DNA of 64,000 nt from Acidobacteriota bacterium (GTDB lineage Bacteria > Acidobacteriota > Vicinamibacteria > Vicinamibacterales > UBA2999). Below, piece by piece: positions 44,489 to 53,412 of this stretch. Position 1 is the stretch's first letter, and each line of letters starts with the position of its first letter. Below the pieces are notes generated by a model. The model worked only from the letters and a program-made list of their open reading frames with translations, was not told the origin of the DNA and searched no databases. Location: contig JADZCN010000114.1 in NCBI GenBank assembly GCA_020851565.1, forward strand, positions 30,361-94,360, read 5' to 3'. The translations under genes were made by a program, and so were the position numbers.

Positions 44489-47155
44489 CTACTCGGCCCG
44501 GAGTCCGTCGGCAGGGTTGATCCGTGCCGCGCGCCAGGCGGGCATGGCGGACGCGGCCAGGGCGACAGCCGCCAGCACCGGCATGGCGACGATGTAGCTG
44601 ATCGGATCCCGTGGCGTGACGCCGTATAGCTGGCTGCCCATCGCCGGGACTGCCACCAGCGCGGCCGCAAGACCGAGGGCGAGACCCGCAAGGGCGAGGC
44701 GGAGGCCTTCGCCGACCACCAGTCGCACGACGGAGCCGCGACCCGCGCCGAGGGCCACGCGGAGCGCCAACTCCGGCTGACGGCGTGTCACACCGTACTG
44801 GATGACCCCGTAGACGCCGACCGAGGCCAGCAGCAGCGCCAGGCCCGCGAACACGGCGGCCAGGAGCATCGTGAACCGCTGTATCGCGCGCGCGCCCACC
44901 ACGTAATCCGACAGGGGGCGCACGTCGAAGACCGGCAACTGCGGGTCCAGCGCCGCCACGGCCGTGCGAATCGGCCCGCTCAGCGACGCGGGATCCCCGG
45001 TCGCGCGCACCATCCACGCCATCGGATTCCGATGCGCCTGCCGCACCGGGAAGTACACCTGCTCGCGCACGTCTTCGAGGAGGGTCAGGTGACGCAGGTG
45101 CCGGACTACGCCGACGACCTTTACCCAGACGGTGGGGCGGCCCGTGACACGCGGGTCGGTGGCGAGGCGCTGCCCGATGGCGCTCGCACCCGGCCACGCG
45201 AGCCGCGCGAGCCGTTCGTCCACGATGGCGACGAGCTCGCCGTCCTTGTCATCGTCCTCGGTGAAGTCGCGCCCTTCGACGATGCGCGCGCCGATGGCCT
45301 GGAAGGCGCCGGGGGACACGGCGCGGCTGTCCGCGCGCCTGGCGCGCGACTCGTCACCACCGGCCTCGGTGAGGTACGTCGTGCTCCAGTTGGGGATGTT
45401 GTCGAAGGGCAGGTGGCTGATGGCGCCGGCGTGGGCCACCCCCGGCAGCGACGCCAGCCGTCTCTCCAGCTCGCGCGCGAAGGCGTCCAGCGACTCCTGC
45501 GTGCGGTAGCGGTTGCCCGGCAGCCCGAGACGGAAGGTGAGCACGCCGCCGGGCTCGAAGCCGGGCTGCACGGTCGTCAGGTTCGCGAACGTCCGGACGA
45601 GCAGTCCGGCGCCGACGAGCAGGACGACACCCATGGCGACCTGCAGGACGACGAGCGCCCTGCGGACGCGGTGATGGAAGGCGCTGCCGAGGCTGCGGCC
45701 GCCCTGGTGAAGCAGGCCCAGCAGGTTCGTGCGGACCATCTCGGCGAGCGGCGCGAACGAGAAGGCGAGGGCCACGGCCAGCGCCGTCGCGGCCGTGAAC
45801 GCCAGCACGGTCGGGTCCAGCCCGACATCGGCGATGCGATCCAGGCTCGCAGGCCGCGCGGCCGCCAGCAGCCTGAGCAGAATCCCGCCCGTCGTCAGCC
45901 CCGCAGCCGCGCCGAGACCCGCCAGCACCAGGCCTTCGGCCAGGCATTGCGAGATCAGCCGGTGGCGGCCCGCGCCGAGGGCCAGGCGCAACGCCGTCTC
46001 GCGTGAGCGCCCTGCCGCGCGTGCGACCAGCAGGCCCGCGACGTTGACGCACGCGATGAGCAGCAGCACCGCCACGCCGCCCTGGAGGACGAACAGCGCA
46101 GGCCGCAGATCCCGAACGCCATCGTCGTGCAGGCCCACGGTGCTGAACCTGCGCCCGGCACTGCCGTACTCGGCGTACCGTGCGCCGATGTCCGCCGCCA
46201 CGGTCGCGACATCACGTGCGGCCTCGTCCACCGTCACGCCGTCGCGCATGCGTCCGACCACGCGAAGGAACATCTGCCCGCGCGGGCCGCGCGTCATGTT
46301 GCGGTTGAAGGGTTGCCACGCCTCGAGCTGTTCCGGGACGTTCGAGTCGGGCGGCATCAGCAGGCGGAAGCCCGGCGGCATGACGCCGATGACCGTGGTG
46401 GGCTGGTCGTTCACCAGGACCCGCCGCCCGATGATGGCAGGATCCGCGCCGTAGCGCGTGCGCCACAGCCCGTCGCTCAGGAGGATGGTGGTGGGGCCCG
46501 CCGTGGGCTCGTCCTCGTCCACGAAGGTGCGCCCGAGCGCGGCGCCGGCGCCCAGCAGCGAGAAGAAGTTCGCGGTGACCAGGCCGATGCGGAGCTGCTG
46601 CGGATCGTTGTCCCCGGTGAGCGCGGTGGTCGTCGCCCAGATGGCGCCGAAGCCCTCGAAGCGCGTGGCCTGCCCGCGAAGGTCCGCGAGCTCCGGACCG
46701 GAGAGCGGCCCGCGCGGGTAGCCGGCGGCGGTCATGTCTGACCACACGAACACGAGCCGGTCGCCCGCGTGGTAGGGGAGCGGCTGCAGCAGGACGGCGT
46801 TGACGAGGCTGAAGGTGGCGGTATTGGCACCGACGCCGATGGCGAGGGTGACGACGGCGGCGAAGGTGAAGGCGGGGGCCTTGCGGAGCCCACGCCAGGC
46901 CAGCGCGATGTCACGGAGCAGCGTCAGCGCGGGCGCGCCGACACGTGCATCGCGGACCTGCTCTTTGACCTGCTCCGTGCCACCCAGGTCGAGCAGGGCG
47001 CGGCGCCTGGCCTCGGCCGGCCGGAGGCCCGCGGCGCGATGAGCGGCGGCGAGCTCGTCCACGGCGGCGCGCAGCTCGGCGTCGAGATCGGCGTCGAGTG
47101 CCCGCTGCCGGGTGATGGTCCGCCACGCGCTCCGCATCCGGGCCCCGAGCGGCAT
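44489..47155 (-). CDS. MacB/FtsX-type duplicated orphan permease (ADOP-like) with N-terminal prefix helix domain
   Basis: 888 aa; AGGAGG SD overlaps the PadR stop. N-terminal ~80-aa extension (RQRALDADLDAELRAAVDEL..RRRALLDLGGTEQVKE), then the canonical LRKAPAFTFAAVVTLAIGVGANTATFS. C-terminus NPADGLRAE. Confidence 0.9.
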   Translation of the reverse strand: MPLGARMRSAWRTITRQRALDADLDAELRAAVDELAAAHRAAGLRPAEARRRALLDLGGTEQVKEQVRDARVGAPALTLLRDIALAWRGLRKAPAFTFAAVVTLAIGVGANTATFSLVNAVLLQPLPYHAGDRLVFVWSDMTAAGYPRGPLSGPELADLRGQATRFEGFGAIWATTTALTGDNDPQQLRIGLVTANFFSLLGAGAALGRTFVDEDEPTAGPTTILLSDGLWRTRYGADPAIIGRRVLVNDQPTTVIGVMPPGFRLLMPPDSNVPEQLEAWQPFNRNMTRGPRGQMFLRVVGRMRDGVTVDEAARDVATVAADIGARYAEYGSAGRRFSTVGLHDDGVRDLRPALFVLQGGVAVLLLIACVNVAGLLVARAAGRSRETALRLALGAGRHRLISQCLAEGLVLAGLGAAAGLTTGGILLRLLAAARPASLDRIADVGLDPTVLAFTAATALAVALAFSFAPLAEMVRTNLLGLLHQGGRSLGSAFHHRVRRALVVLQVAMGVVLLVGAGLLVRTFANLTTVQPGFEPGGVLTFRLGLPGNRYRTQESLDAFARELERRLASLPGVAHAGAISHLPFDNIPNWSTTYLTEAGGDESRARRADSRAVSPGAFQAIGARIVEGRDFTEDDDKDGELVAIVDERLARLAWPGASAIGQRLATDPRVTGRPTVWVKVVGVVRHLRHLTLLEDVREQVYFPVRQAHRNPMAWMVRATGDPASLSGPIRTAVAALDPQLPVFDVRPLSDYVVGARAIQRFTMLLAAVFAGLALLLASVGVYGVIQYGVTRRQPELALRVALGAGRGSVVRLVVGEGLRLALAGLALGLAAALVAVPAMGSQLYGVTPRDPISYIVAMPVLAAVALAASAMPAWRAARINPADGLRAE

Positions 47156-47164
47156 GTGCGCCTC

Positions 47165-47500
47165 CTATGTGGGGTCGAGCACCTGTCCGACCGCCGTCAC
47201 GATGCGGTCCCACGACTTGCGCTCGGCGGCCAGCCGTTTCCGTCCCGCAGGCGTGATGTCGTACACCTTGGCGCGGCGGCCCTGCGCGGACTCGCCCCAC
47301 GCGCCGGCGATATAGCCCTCCTGCTCGAGGCGATGGAGCGCGGGGAAGAGCGACCCCGGCTTCACCACGAAGGTGCCGCGCGTGATCTGGGCGATGCGCT
47401 CCGAGACGGCGAGCCCGTGGCGCGGCTGGAGCTCGATGGTGCGGAGGATGAGGAGATCCAGCGTGCCCTTGAGCATGGCCGCGGGACGTTCCGGTGGCAT
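47165..47500 (-). CDS. PadR family transcriptional regulator
   Basis: In-frame part of ORF 47165..47698 from the ATG at 47500. LKGTLDLLILRTIELQPRHGLAVSERIAQITRGTFVVKPGSLFPALHRLEQEGYI is a canonical PadR winged helix. The gene ends 9 nt before the permease start. Confidence 0.9.
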   Translation of the reverse strand: MPPERPAAMLKGTLDLLILRTIELQPRHGLAVSERIAQITRGTFVVKPGSLFPALHRLEQEGYIAGAWGESAQGRRAKVYDITPAGRKRLAAERKSWDRIVTAVGQVLDPT

Positions 47501-47508
47501 AGGGCATC

Positions 47509-47538
47509 TATATAGAACATCTATACAAAAGTCGTCAA
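47509..47538 (-). promoter_or_regulatory. Putative sigma-70-type promoter of the PadR-permease operon (leaderless)
   Basis: Minus-strand reading is TTGACG (47538-47533), 18-nt spacer, TATATA (47514-47509), 8 nt, then ATG 47500. This is the only AT-rich patch locally. It contains the CTATATAG palindrome and a CATCTATA direct repeat. Confidence 0.45.
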
Positions 47539-47539
47539 G

Positions 47540-47662
47540 GACGCAGATGACGCAGATAGCGCAGATAACGCAGAACCCAGAACCCCAGAACCCCAGAACC
47601 CCAGAACCCCAGAACCCCAGAACCCCAGAACCCCAAACCCCAAGCCCCAAGACCTCAAGACC
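47540..47662. repeat. Composite array: CGCAGAT units, then 7 x CCCCAGAA, then CCCCAAG / GACCTCAAGACC
   Basis: GACGCAGATGACGCAGATAGCGCAGATAACGCAGAACCCAGAACCCCAGAACCCCAGAA...CCCCAAACCCCAAGCCCCAAGACCTCAAGACC. The stop of the APC permease (TCA 47655-57) lies in the last unit. Confidence 0.95.
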
Positions 47663-48971
47663 GTCCCCGCTGTACCCCGAAGACGACCAGCCCGGCAAGC
47701 GCCCACGTCGTGCCGACCGCCTGGGCCAGCGTGCTGGCCTCGGCGATCACCCACAGTGTCACGAGGGCGCCAAGGACCGGCACCAGGTAGTGCAGCGACC
47801 GTGCCGTGCCCTTCTTCCGGACGACGAAGTACCCCACCACGGACGCGTGGAGCAGGGTGAAGGCCGCGAGCGCGCCGACGTCCACGATGGAGACCAGGAG
47901 ATCCAGCCCGTCCGCGCGGCGGGCGGCCCAGACTGACACGAACAGGGTCAGCGTGGCGGCGGTGACGAGCGCGGCGCGCGGCACGCCGTGGCGCTCGTCC
48001 ACACGCGCGAGCGCGCGCGGGAGCCGGCCATCGCGGGCCATGCCGAAGAGCAGTCGCGCCGCGGCCGCCTGCGCGGTCATGGCCGAGAAGGCAGGACCCA
48101 CGGCCTTGGTGATCGACATCACGGTGGCCAGCCACGGCGCGAGCGCCGCACGCGTGACATCGTAGAACACGGTGCCCTGCCGCTCGGGGTGCGCCGCCAG
48201 GTCGGCCGGGTCCATCGGGCTCAGCAGGCTGGCGAGCCAGGTCTGGAGGACGAAGAGCGTGCCAGCCACGGCGAGGCAGAACAGGATGGCGCGGCCCACC
48301 TGGCGGGAGCTGCCGGTGCTCTCTTCGGCGAAGCTGGCGATGGCGTCGAAGCCCAGGTACGACATCACCGCCACCGAGATGGCGCCGATGACGATCGAGA
48401 GGTTGAAGGCGCCCAGGCCCGTGAGCGGTGATGTCCACGGGCGCGCGGGCCCGTCTGCGGAGAGGACGAAGAGGGCCATCGCGACGAACAGGGCGAGCAC
48501 TGCGATCTCGGCGACGAGCACGACCAGGCCGACGCGCGCGGCCACCCCGACACCCGCCAGGTTCAACGTCGTGGTCACGACGAAGGCGGCGAGTGTGAAT
48601 ACCCAGGCGGGCACGGCAGGGACGAGGGCGTGGAGCGCGATGCCCGAGAAGAGGTAGGCGACAGACGGGATCAGCAGGTAGTCGAGCATCGCCAGCCAGC
48701 CCGCCAGGAACCCGGCCGGCCGGCCCATCCCCTCCGAGGCGTAGGCGAACACCGAGCCCGCGTGCGGGACGACGCCCGACATCTCGGCGTACGACCACGC
48801 CGTGAACGCCATCGCCAGCGTCGCCAGCAGGTACACGAGCGCCACGGCGCCGCCCGTGCGCGCGTCGAGCACGCCGAAGACACCGACGGGCGCGAGCGGG
48901 CCGATGAAGAGCAGCCCGTAGACGATGAGGTCTCGAAGGGTGAGGGTGCGCCGGAGCGCGGGCGTGGCCAA
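47655..48971 (-). CDS. APC superfamily amino acid/polyamine permease
   Basis: 438 aa with about 12 predicted TM segments. N-terminus LTLRDLIVYGLLFIGPLAPVGVFG is typical of APC transporters. The start codon appears to be TTG (48971), so the start is uncertain. Confidence 0.75.
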   Translation of the reverse strand: MATPALRRTLTLRDLIVYGLLFIGPLAPVGVFGVLDARTGGAVALVYLLATLAMAFTAWSYAEMSGVVPHAGSVFAYASEGMGRPAGFLAGWLAMLDYLLIPSVAYLFSGIALHALVPAVPAWVFTLAAFVVTTTLNLAGVGVAARVGLVVLVAEIAVLALFVAMALFVLSADGPARPWTSPLTGLGAFNLSIVIGAISVAVMSYLGFDAIASFAEESTGSSRQVGRAILFCLAVAGTLFVLQTWLASLLSPMDPADLAAHPERQGTVFYDVTRAALAPWLATVMSITKAVGPAFSAMTAQAAAARLLFGMARDGRLPRALARVDERHGVPRAALVTAATLTLFVSVWAARRADGLDLLVSIVDVGALAAFTLLHASVVGYFVVRKKGTARSLHYLVPVLGALVTLWVIAEASTLAQAVGTTWALAGLVVFGVQRGRS

Positions 48972-49005
48972 GTCGGCGCATTATATCGGCGTGGAGGCAG
49001 GCGCG

Positions 49006-49794
49006 ATGATGCTGAGAGTCCGATCCCCTTGGGCACTGGTCGGGGCTGCGCTACTGACGTGCCTCGCCGCTGCGTGCCAGCCTGGGGGGAATTTCGTCTA
49101 CGACCCGCCCCCGCCACCCCCGAGCCAGAGGATCCCCACCGTGCGCCCCGGCGTGCTGACCGTGGCCGTCACGACCAATGCACCCGCCGGCCCGTTCGAC
49201 TCGCAGCTCTGGATCCGCCGCTACGTCGAACGCTTCGCGACCTGGGGTGGGTTCACCATCGACTGGGTGGTCGTGCCCTTCAACGACTCGTGGAAGCGCG
49301 CAGGCCGGGGCGAAGTGGACCTCGTGGCGACCAACGTCGCCAGCTTCCCGGATCGCGTGAGCGAAGGGGGCACGTTCTCGTCCCCGTTCCTCTACGAGCG
49401 CCGCGCCCTCCGGATTCACCCGAAGGGCGGGGGACGCTACACGACCATCGCCGACTTCGTCGGCAGGCGCGTCGGGGTCGTGAAGGGGATGGCCGCGGAG
49501 CGGGACGTCCGCCGCCGCGCCCCTGAGGGCGTGGTCATCGTCACCACCGACTCCTTTGCTGAGCTGTACGCGCAGTTCGACGCGGGGCACCTCGACGCCA
49601 TCGCGGAGGCCGAGTACTACGCGCTCGATGGAACGGTGATCCCCTCACACGGCCCCGAGGTCGTCCTGATCGACCTGCACGACCTGACCCCGGGCCAACG
49701 CGAGGAGTCGGTGTTCGTGGTGCGCGACGCGAGCACGGGCCTGCTCGATGTCGTGAACGCGTTCATCGCGATGACGCCGTTTCCCTCGAGGTGA
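49006..49794 (+). CDS. Lipoprotein, family-3 solute-binding-protein-like (transporter substrate-binding domain)
   Basis: In-frame part of ORF 48925..49794 from the ATG at 49006, with GGAGG upstream. Lipobox LAAAC. GVLTVAVTTNAPAGPFD..GEVDLVATNV..RRVGVVKG is reminiscent of PBP type 2 / SBP_bac_3. Confidence 0.6.
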   Translation: MMLRVRSPWALVGAALLTCLAAACQPGGNFVYDPPPPPPSQRIPTVRPGVLTVAVTTNAPAGPFDSQLWIRRYVERFATWGGFTIDWVVVPFNDSWKRAGRGEVDLVATNVASFPDRVSEGGTFSSPFLYERRALRIHPKGGGRYTTIADFVGRRVGVVKGMAAERDVRRRAPEGVVIVTTDSFAELYAQFDAGHLDAIAEAEYYALDGTVIPSHGPEVVLIDLHDLTPGQREESVFVVRDASTGLLDVVNAFIAMTPFPSR

Positions 49795-49809
49795 CGGACG
49801 CGGAGGGGC

Positions 49810-49924
49810 CACAGATGGCGCAGATGCGCGGATGCCAGGATTCCGCCACCCCACTGGTCCGGCCGCTCCGCGGCCGACCGCCGGGCCTGCGTCGGCGCAA
49901 CCTGAGTAATCTGCGCCATCTGTG
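49810..49924. terminator. 16-bp perfect inverted repeat with 83-nt spacer between convergent genes (putative bidirectional terminator/hairpin)
   Basis: CACAGATGGCGCAGAT (49810-25) and ATCTGCGCCATCTGTG (49909-24). The spacer contains the GC-rich sub-hairpin CGGCCG-CTCCG-CGGCCG. The arms belong to the GCAGATG unit family. Confidence 0.5.
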
Positions 49925-49927
49925 TTC

Positions 49928-50536
49928 TCAGGCCCGTCGATACGGAATCTCCGTGAACATCGGCAGGCGCGCGAGCTGGATGATGTCCAGGAGGTCCCGG
50001 CGTTCGTGGAACTCCCGTCCGTCGCGATCGATGACGACGGCGTTCGGGTCCAGGGCCGCGAGCCGCCGGAACTCGCCGTCGATGAGCTGGAAGCGCCGGA
50101 CCATCTCCTCCACGTCCTCGTGCGACCGGTTGCGCAGCCGGATGTGCCGCTCGATGGTGGCGCTGCTCGATGTGAGGACGATGACGCGATCGGGCCGCCA
50201 GGCGTCGCCCACGGCGGCCACGCGCCGGAGCGCCTCGTGGTGTTCGGGTGCGTACTCGGCGATGTGCGCCTCGAGCGTGATACGCGCACCCTCGAAGAAG
50301 ATCACGCGGCCAGGCCCGTCGTGGCCCGCGGCGTCCCGGTAGTTGGCGTCGTAGAGCCGTGCGAAGTACTCGGTGACGCCCACGGCATTGCGGCCCGCGG
50401 CAATGTCCTCCAGGACCTCGACCGGCCACACGCCCTTCTCGCCCTCGCCGTAGGCCCCGTTGTGATAGAGGTCCGCGAGCTGCCGCACCAGCGTGCTCTT
50501 GCCCACACCGGGCCCGCCGACGATGGCGACGCGCAT
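49928..50536 (-). CDS. P-loop NTPase (AAA/kinase-like ATP-binding protein)
   Basis: C-terminal 202 aa of ORF 49928..51655, from the ATG at 50536. Walker A is MRVAIVGGPGVGKST. It lies 38 nt downstream of glnS on the same strand. No finer family assignment. Confidence 0.65.
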   Translation of the reverse strand: MRVAIVGGPGVGKSTLVRQLADLYHNGAYGEGEKGVWPVEVLEDIAAGRNAVGVTEYFARLYDANYRDAAGHDGPGRVIFFEGARITLEAHIAEYAPEHHEALRRVAAVGDAWRPDRVIVLTSSSATIERHIRLRNRSHEDVEEMVRRFQLIDGEFRRLAALDPNAVVIDRDGREFHERRDLLDIIQLARLPMFTEIPYRRA

Positions 50537-50574
50537 CGGCCGTTCGTGTGACGCGGTGCGGATCGGACCGGGGC

Positions 50575-52311
50575 CTAGGCGCCCTCGCGCGCCGCCACCT
50601 TCGCCCACGTGTCCTTGAGCGAGACGGTCCGGTTGAAGACGGGCGCACCCGGGCTGGAATCCGGGTCCACGCAGAAGTAGCCGAGACGCTCGAACTGGAA
50701 CCGCGTGCCCGGCCGTGCCTCGGCCAGCATCGGTTCGAGCTTGCAGCCTTCCAGCACCTCCAGCGACGCAGGGTTGATGAGCGTCGTGAAGTCCACGCCC
50801 CTCTTCGTCGCGGTGCCGTCCGGGTCCTCGACGGTGAAGAGCCGGTCGTACAGCCGCACGGCACCGGTGGCCGCGTGGGCCGCCGACACCCAGTGCAGCG
50901 TCGCCTTCACCTTGCGGCCGTCCGGCGCGTCGCCGCCGCGCGTGGCGGGGTCGTAGGTGCCGCGGAGCTCGACGATGGCGCCAGACGCATCCTTCACGAC
51001 CTCGGTGCAGGTGACGAGATAGGCGTTCCTGAGCCGCACTTCGCGGCCCGGCGCCAGCCGGAAGAACTTCTTCGGCGGGTCCTCCATGAAGTCGTCGCGC
51101 TCGATCCAGATCTCGCGTGAGAACTCCACCTTCCGCGTGCCGGCGGCCGGGTCCTCCGGGTTGTTGACCACGTCCATGTGCTCGACCTGCCCCTCGGGGT
51201 AGTTCGTGAGCACGAGCTTCAAGGGGCGCAGCACGGCCATGGCGCGCGGCGCGCGGCGGTTGAGGTCCTCGCGCACGCAGTGCTCGAGCAGCCCCATGTC
51301 GATCACGTTCTCCTTCTTCGCCACGCCCACGCGCGTGCAGAAGTCGCGGATCGACTCCGGCGTGAAGCCGCGCCGGCGCAGGCCCGAGATGGTGGGCATC
51401 CGCGGATCGTCCCAGCCGTCCACGTGCTCCTGCGCCACGAGCTGCAGGAGCTTGCGCTTGCTCATCACCGTGTAGTTCAGGTTCAGCCGCGCGAACTCGT
51501 ACTGCTTCGGCTGGTGCTCGGTCTCCGCCTGCTCGATGCACCAGTCGTAGAGCGGGCGGTGGTCCACGTACTCCAGCGTGCAGAGCGAATGCGTCACGCC
51601 CTCGATGGCATCCGACAGCGGATGCGCGTAGTCGTACATCGGGTAGATGCACCACTCGTCGCCGGTCCGATGGTGATGCGCGTGGCGGATGCGGTAGAGC
51701 ACCGGGTCGCGCATGTTGATGTTGGGCGACGCCATGTCGATCTTCGCGCGGAGCACGTGCGTGCCATCGGCGAACTCGCCCGCGCGCATCCGGCGGAAGA
51801 GATCCAGGTTCTCCTCGACACCGCGCGATCTGAACGGCGAGTCCTGGCCGGGCTCGGTCAGCGTGCCCCGGTGCTCCCGGATCTCATCTGCCGACAACGA
51901 GTCCACGTAGGCGACGCCCTTCTCGATGAGATGCTCGGCGTACCGATAGAGCTGCTCGTAGTAGTCGGAGGCGTAGAACTCGCGGTCGCCCCAGTCGAAG
52001 CCCAGCCAGCGCACGTCCTCCTTGATGGAGTCGACGTACTCCACGTCCTCCTTCACCGGGTTCGTGTCGTCGAACCGGAGGTTGCAGGTGCCGCCGAAGT
52101 CGTCGGCGACGCCGAAGTCCACGCAGACGGCCTTGGCATGGCCGATGTGGAGGTACCCGTTCGGCTCGGGCGGAAAGCGCGTCACCACGCGGCCGCCGTG
52201 CCGGCCCGCGGCGACGTCCGCGCGGACGATCTCCCGGATGAAATCCTGAGGCGGCGCTTCCGCCTTCACATTCGCGTCTGGCATAGGTTGGAGCGTTTCA
52301 GCGTATCCCAA
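50575..52311 (-). CDS. glnS: Glutamine--tRNA ligase
   Basis: 578 aa. HIGH motif is [14 protein letters not shown] and KMSKS variant is [14 protein letters not shown], and FERLGYF near the C-terminus, are typical of GlnRS. Confidence 0.92.
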   Translation of the reverse strand: MGYAETLQPMPDANVKAEAPPQDFIREIVRADVAAGRHGGRVVTRFPPEPNGYLHIGHAKAVCVDFGVADDFGGTCNLRFDDTNPVKEDVEYVDSIKEDVRWLGFDWGDREFYASDYYEQLYRYAEHLIEKGVAYVDSLSADEIREHRGTLTEPGQDSPFRSRGVEENLDLFRRMRAGEFADGTHVLRAKIDMASPNINMRDPVLYRIRHAHHHRTGDEWCIYPMYDYAHPLSDAIEGVTHSLCTLEYVDHRPLYDWCIEQAETEHQPKQYEFARLNLNYTVMSKRKLLQLVAQEHVDGWDDPRMPTISGLRRRGFTPESIRDFCTRVGVAKKENVIDMGLLEHCVREDLNRRAPRAMAVLRPLKLVLTNYPEGQVEHMDVVNNPEDPAAGTRKVEFSREIWIERDDFMEDPPKKFFRLAPGREVRLRNAYLVTCTEVVKDASGAIVELRGTYDPATRGGDAPDGRKVKATLHWVSAAHAATGAVRLYDRLFTVEDPDGTATKRGVDFTTLINPASLEVLEGCKLEPMLAEARPGTRFQFERLGYFCVDPDSSPGAPVFNRTVSLKDTWAKVAAREGA

Positions 52312-52326
52312 AGGCGTGGGAGGAGA

Positions 52327-52443
52327 AAAGAAACCACGAAGACACGAAGGACCATGAGGCCTCGAGGTCAGGAAGACCTCAAGACCTCAAGACCTCAAGC
52401 CTCAAGCCCCAAGCCCCAAGCCCCAAGCCCCAAGCCCCAAGAC
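52327..52443. repeat. Composite array collinear with 6499-6580 (AAAGAAACCACGAAG..CACGAAG.. then GACCTCAAG x3, then CCCCAAG x5)
   Basis: AAAGAAACCACGAAGACACGAAGGACC...GACCTCAAGACCTCAAGACCTCAAGCCTCAAGCCCCAAGCCCCAAGCCCCAAGCCCCAAGCCCCAAGACC. It lies between the glnS start (52311) and the upstream gene end (52466). Confidence 0.95.
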
Positions 52444-52465
52444 CCCGGTGCCTCGCTTCCTCCCC

Positions 52466-53266
52466 TCAATCCACGGCGCAGGGGGCGCCGGCGAGGAACG
52501 CCAGGACGATGAGCGGGTTGCGGCCGCGGCGGGTGAAGCCGTAGCTCGTCCCGCGCGGGACGACGGCGAAGCTGCCGGCCCCGAGGCTCACGTCGCGCCC
52601 GTCCAGGCGGAGTGTGCCGTCCCCGCCGATCACGTACAGCATGGCGTCGGCCGATTCGTGCTGGCGATCGGCCCAGGCCTCGCGCACCTGCCAGACGATG
52701 GCCTGGCCCACACCGCTGCACCCGACAATGTCCTCCTTGTGGGCTTCGCGGTTCGAGATGAAGTTCCGCTCGATGTAGTCGGGCAGCGCCATGGTCTTCG
52801 GCGCCGAGGGCGGAGGCAACGTGAACTCCGACTTCGCCGGCTCGGGCGCCGGCGGCGGCGGGGGCGGGGGCGGCGCGGGCGCGGCGTTGAGCGTCACCGT
52901 CATGGTGGGCGCCGGCTGCCCGGCACGCCAGACCAGTTCCTTCTCGAAGGTGTGGTACCCCTCACGCTCGAAACGGATGCGATGCGTGCCGGCCGGGACG
53001 TTCAGCAGGCGCAGTCGTCCCTCGTTCGTGGTGGTGCCGCTCCGATCCGTCGTTCCAATGAGCGAGACGTTGACGCCTTCGAGGACGGCGCCGACGCTGT
53101 CGGTTACTGTCACCGACAGGGTGGTCCCCGCGGGCGCCGGCGCCTTCCGGGCAGGCCGGGCCTGCGTGGTCGGCTTGGCGGTTGCGGGCGCCTGCGCGAA
53201 CGCAGGGAGATGGGCAGGCTGGGCGGGGGCCGCCTGCAGCCACGTCAGCAGGAGCAGAGTGACCAT
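52466..53266 (-). CDS. Secreted carboxypeptidase-regulatory-like domain + cupin domain protein
   Basis: 266 aa. The CarboxypepD_reg-like beta-sandwich is LSVTVTDSVGAVLEGVNVSLIG..GRLRLLNVPAGTHRIRFEREGY. A Pro-rich linker follows. The C-terminal cupin is ADAMLYVIGGDGTLRLDGRDVSLGAGSFAVVPRGTSY. Confidence 0.7.
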   Translation of the reverse strand: MVTLLLLTWLQAAPAQPAHLPAFAQAPATAKPTTQARPARKAPAPAGTTLSVTVTDSVGAVLEGVNVSLIGTTDRSGTTTNEGRLRLLNVPAGTHRIRFEREGYHTFEKELVWRAGQPAPTMTVTLNAAPAPPPPPPPPAPEPAKSEFTLPPPSAPKTMALPDYIERNFISNREAHKEDIVGCSGVGQAIVWQVREAWADRQHESADAMLYVIGGDGTLRLDGRDVSLGAGSFAVVPRGTSYGFTRRGRNPLIVLAFLAGAPCAVD

Positions 53267-53281
53267 GGGGGATGGTACTAC

Positions 53282-53412
53282 GGAGGTTCACAGCACGGGA
53301 GGTTCAAAGCACGGGAGGTTCAAAGCACGGAGGTTCGAAGCACGGAGGTTCGAAGCACGGAGGTTCGAAGCACGGAGGTTCGAAGCACGGGGGTTCGAAG
53401 CACGGGGGTTCA
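53282..53412. repeat. 15/16-bp tandem array, about 8.7 copies (GGAGGTTCGAAGCAC / GGGAGGTTCAAAGCAC)
   Basis: Read directly. It is the reverse-complement family of 5048-5183. The last unit (GGGGGTTCAGGGCG) contains the stop TCA 53410-12 of the downstream permease gene. Confidence 0.95.

Noticed and set aside
49928-52311. A functional system linking glnS with the downstream P-loop NTPase, or any defence or toxin-antitoxin-like module in the window.
   Set aside because: The only evidence is co-orientation with a 38-nt gap. The NTPase has only a Walker A motif that I can recognise. No nuclease, toxin, antitoxin or other hallmark partner genes are present, so there is no basis for naming a system.
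53282-53412. GGTTCGAAGC in the 15-mer units resembles a tRNA T-arm (GGTTCGAATCC); considered tRNA genes or tRNA-derived repeats.
   Set aside because: No acceptor stem, D-arm or anticodon arm can be drawn. The motif is simply repeated head-to-tail every 15 nt. I found no tRNA or rRNA anywhere in the window.
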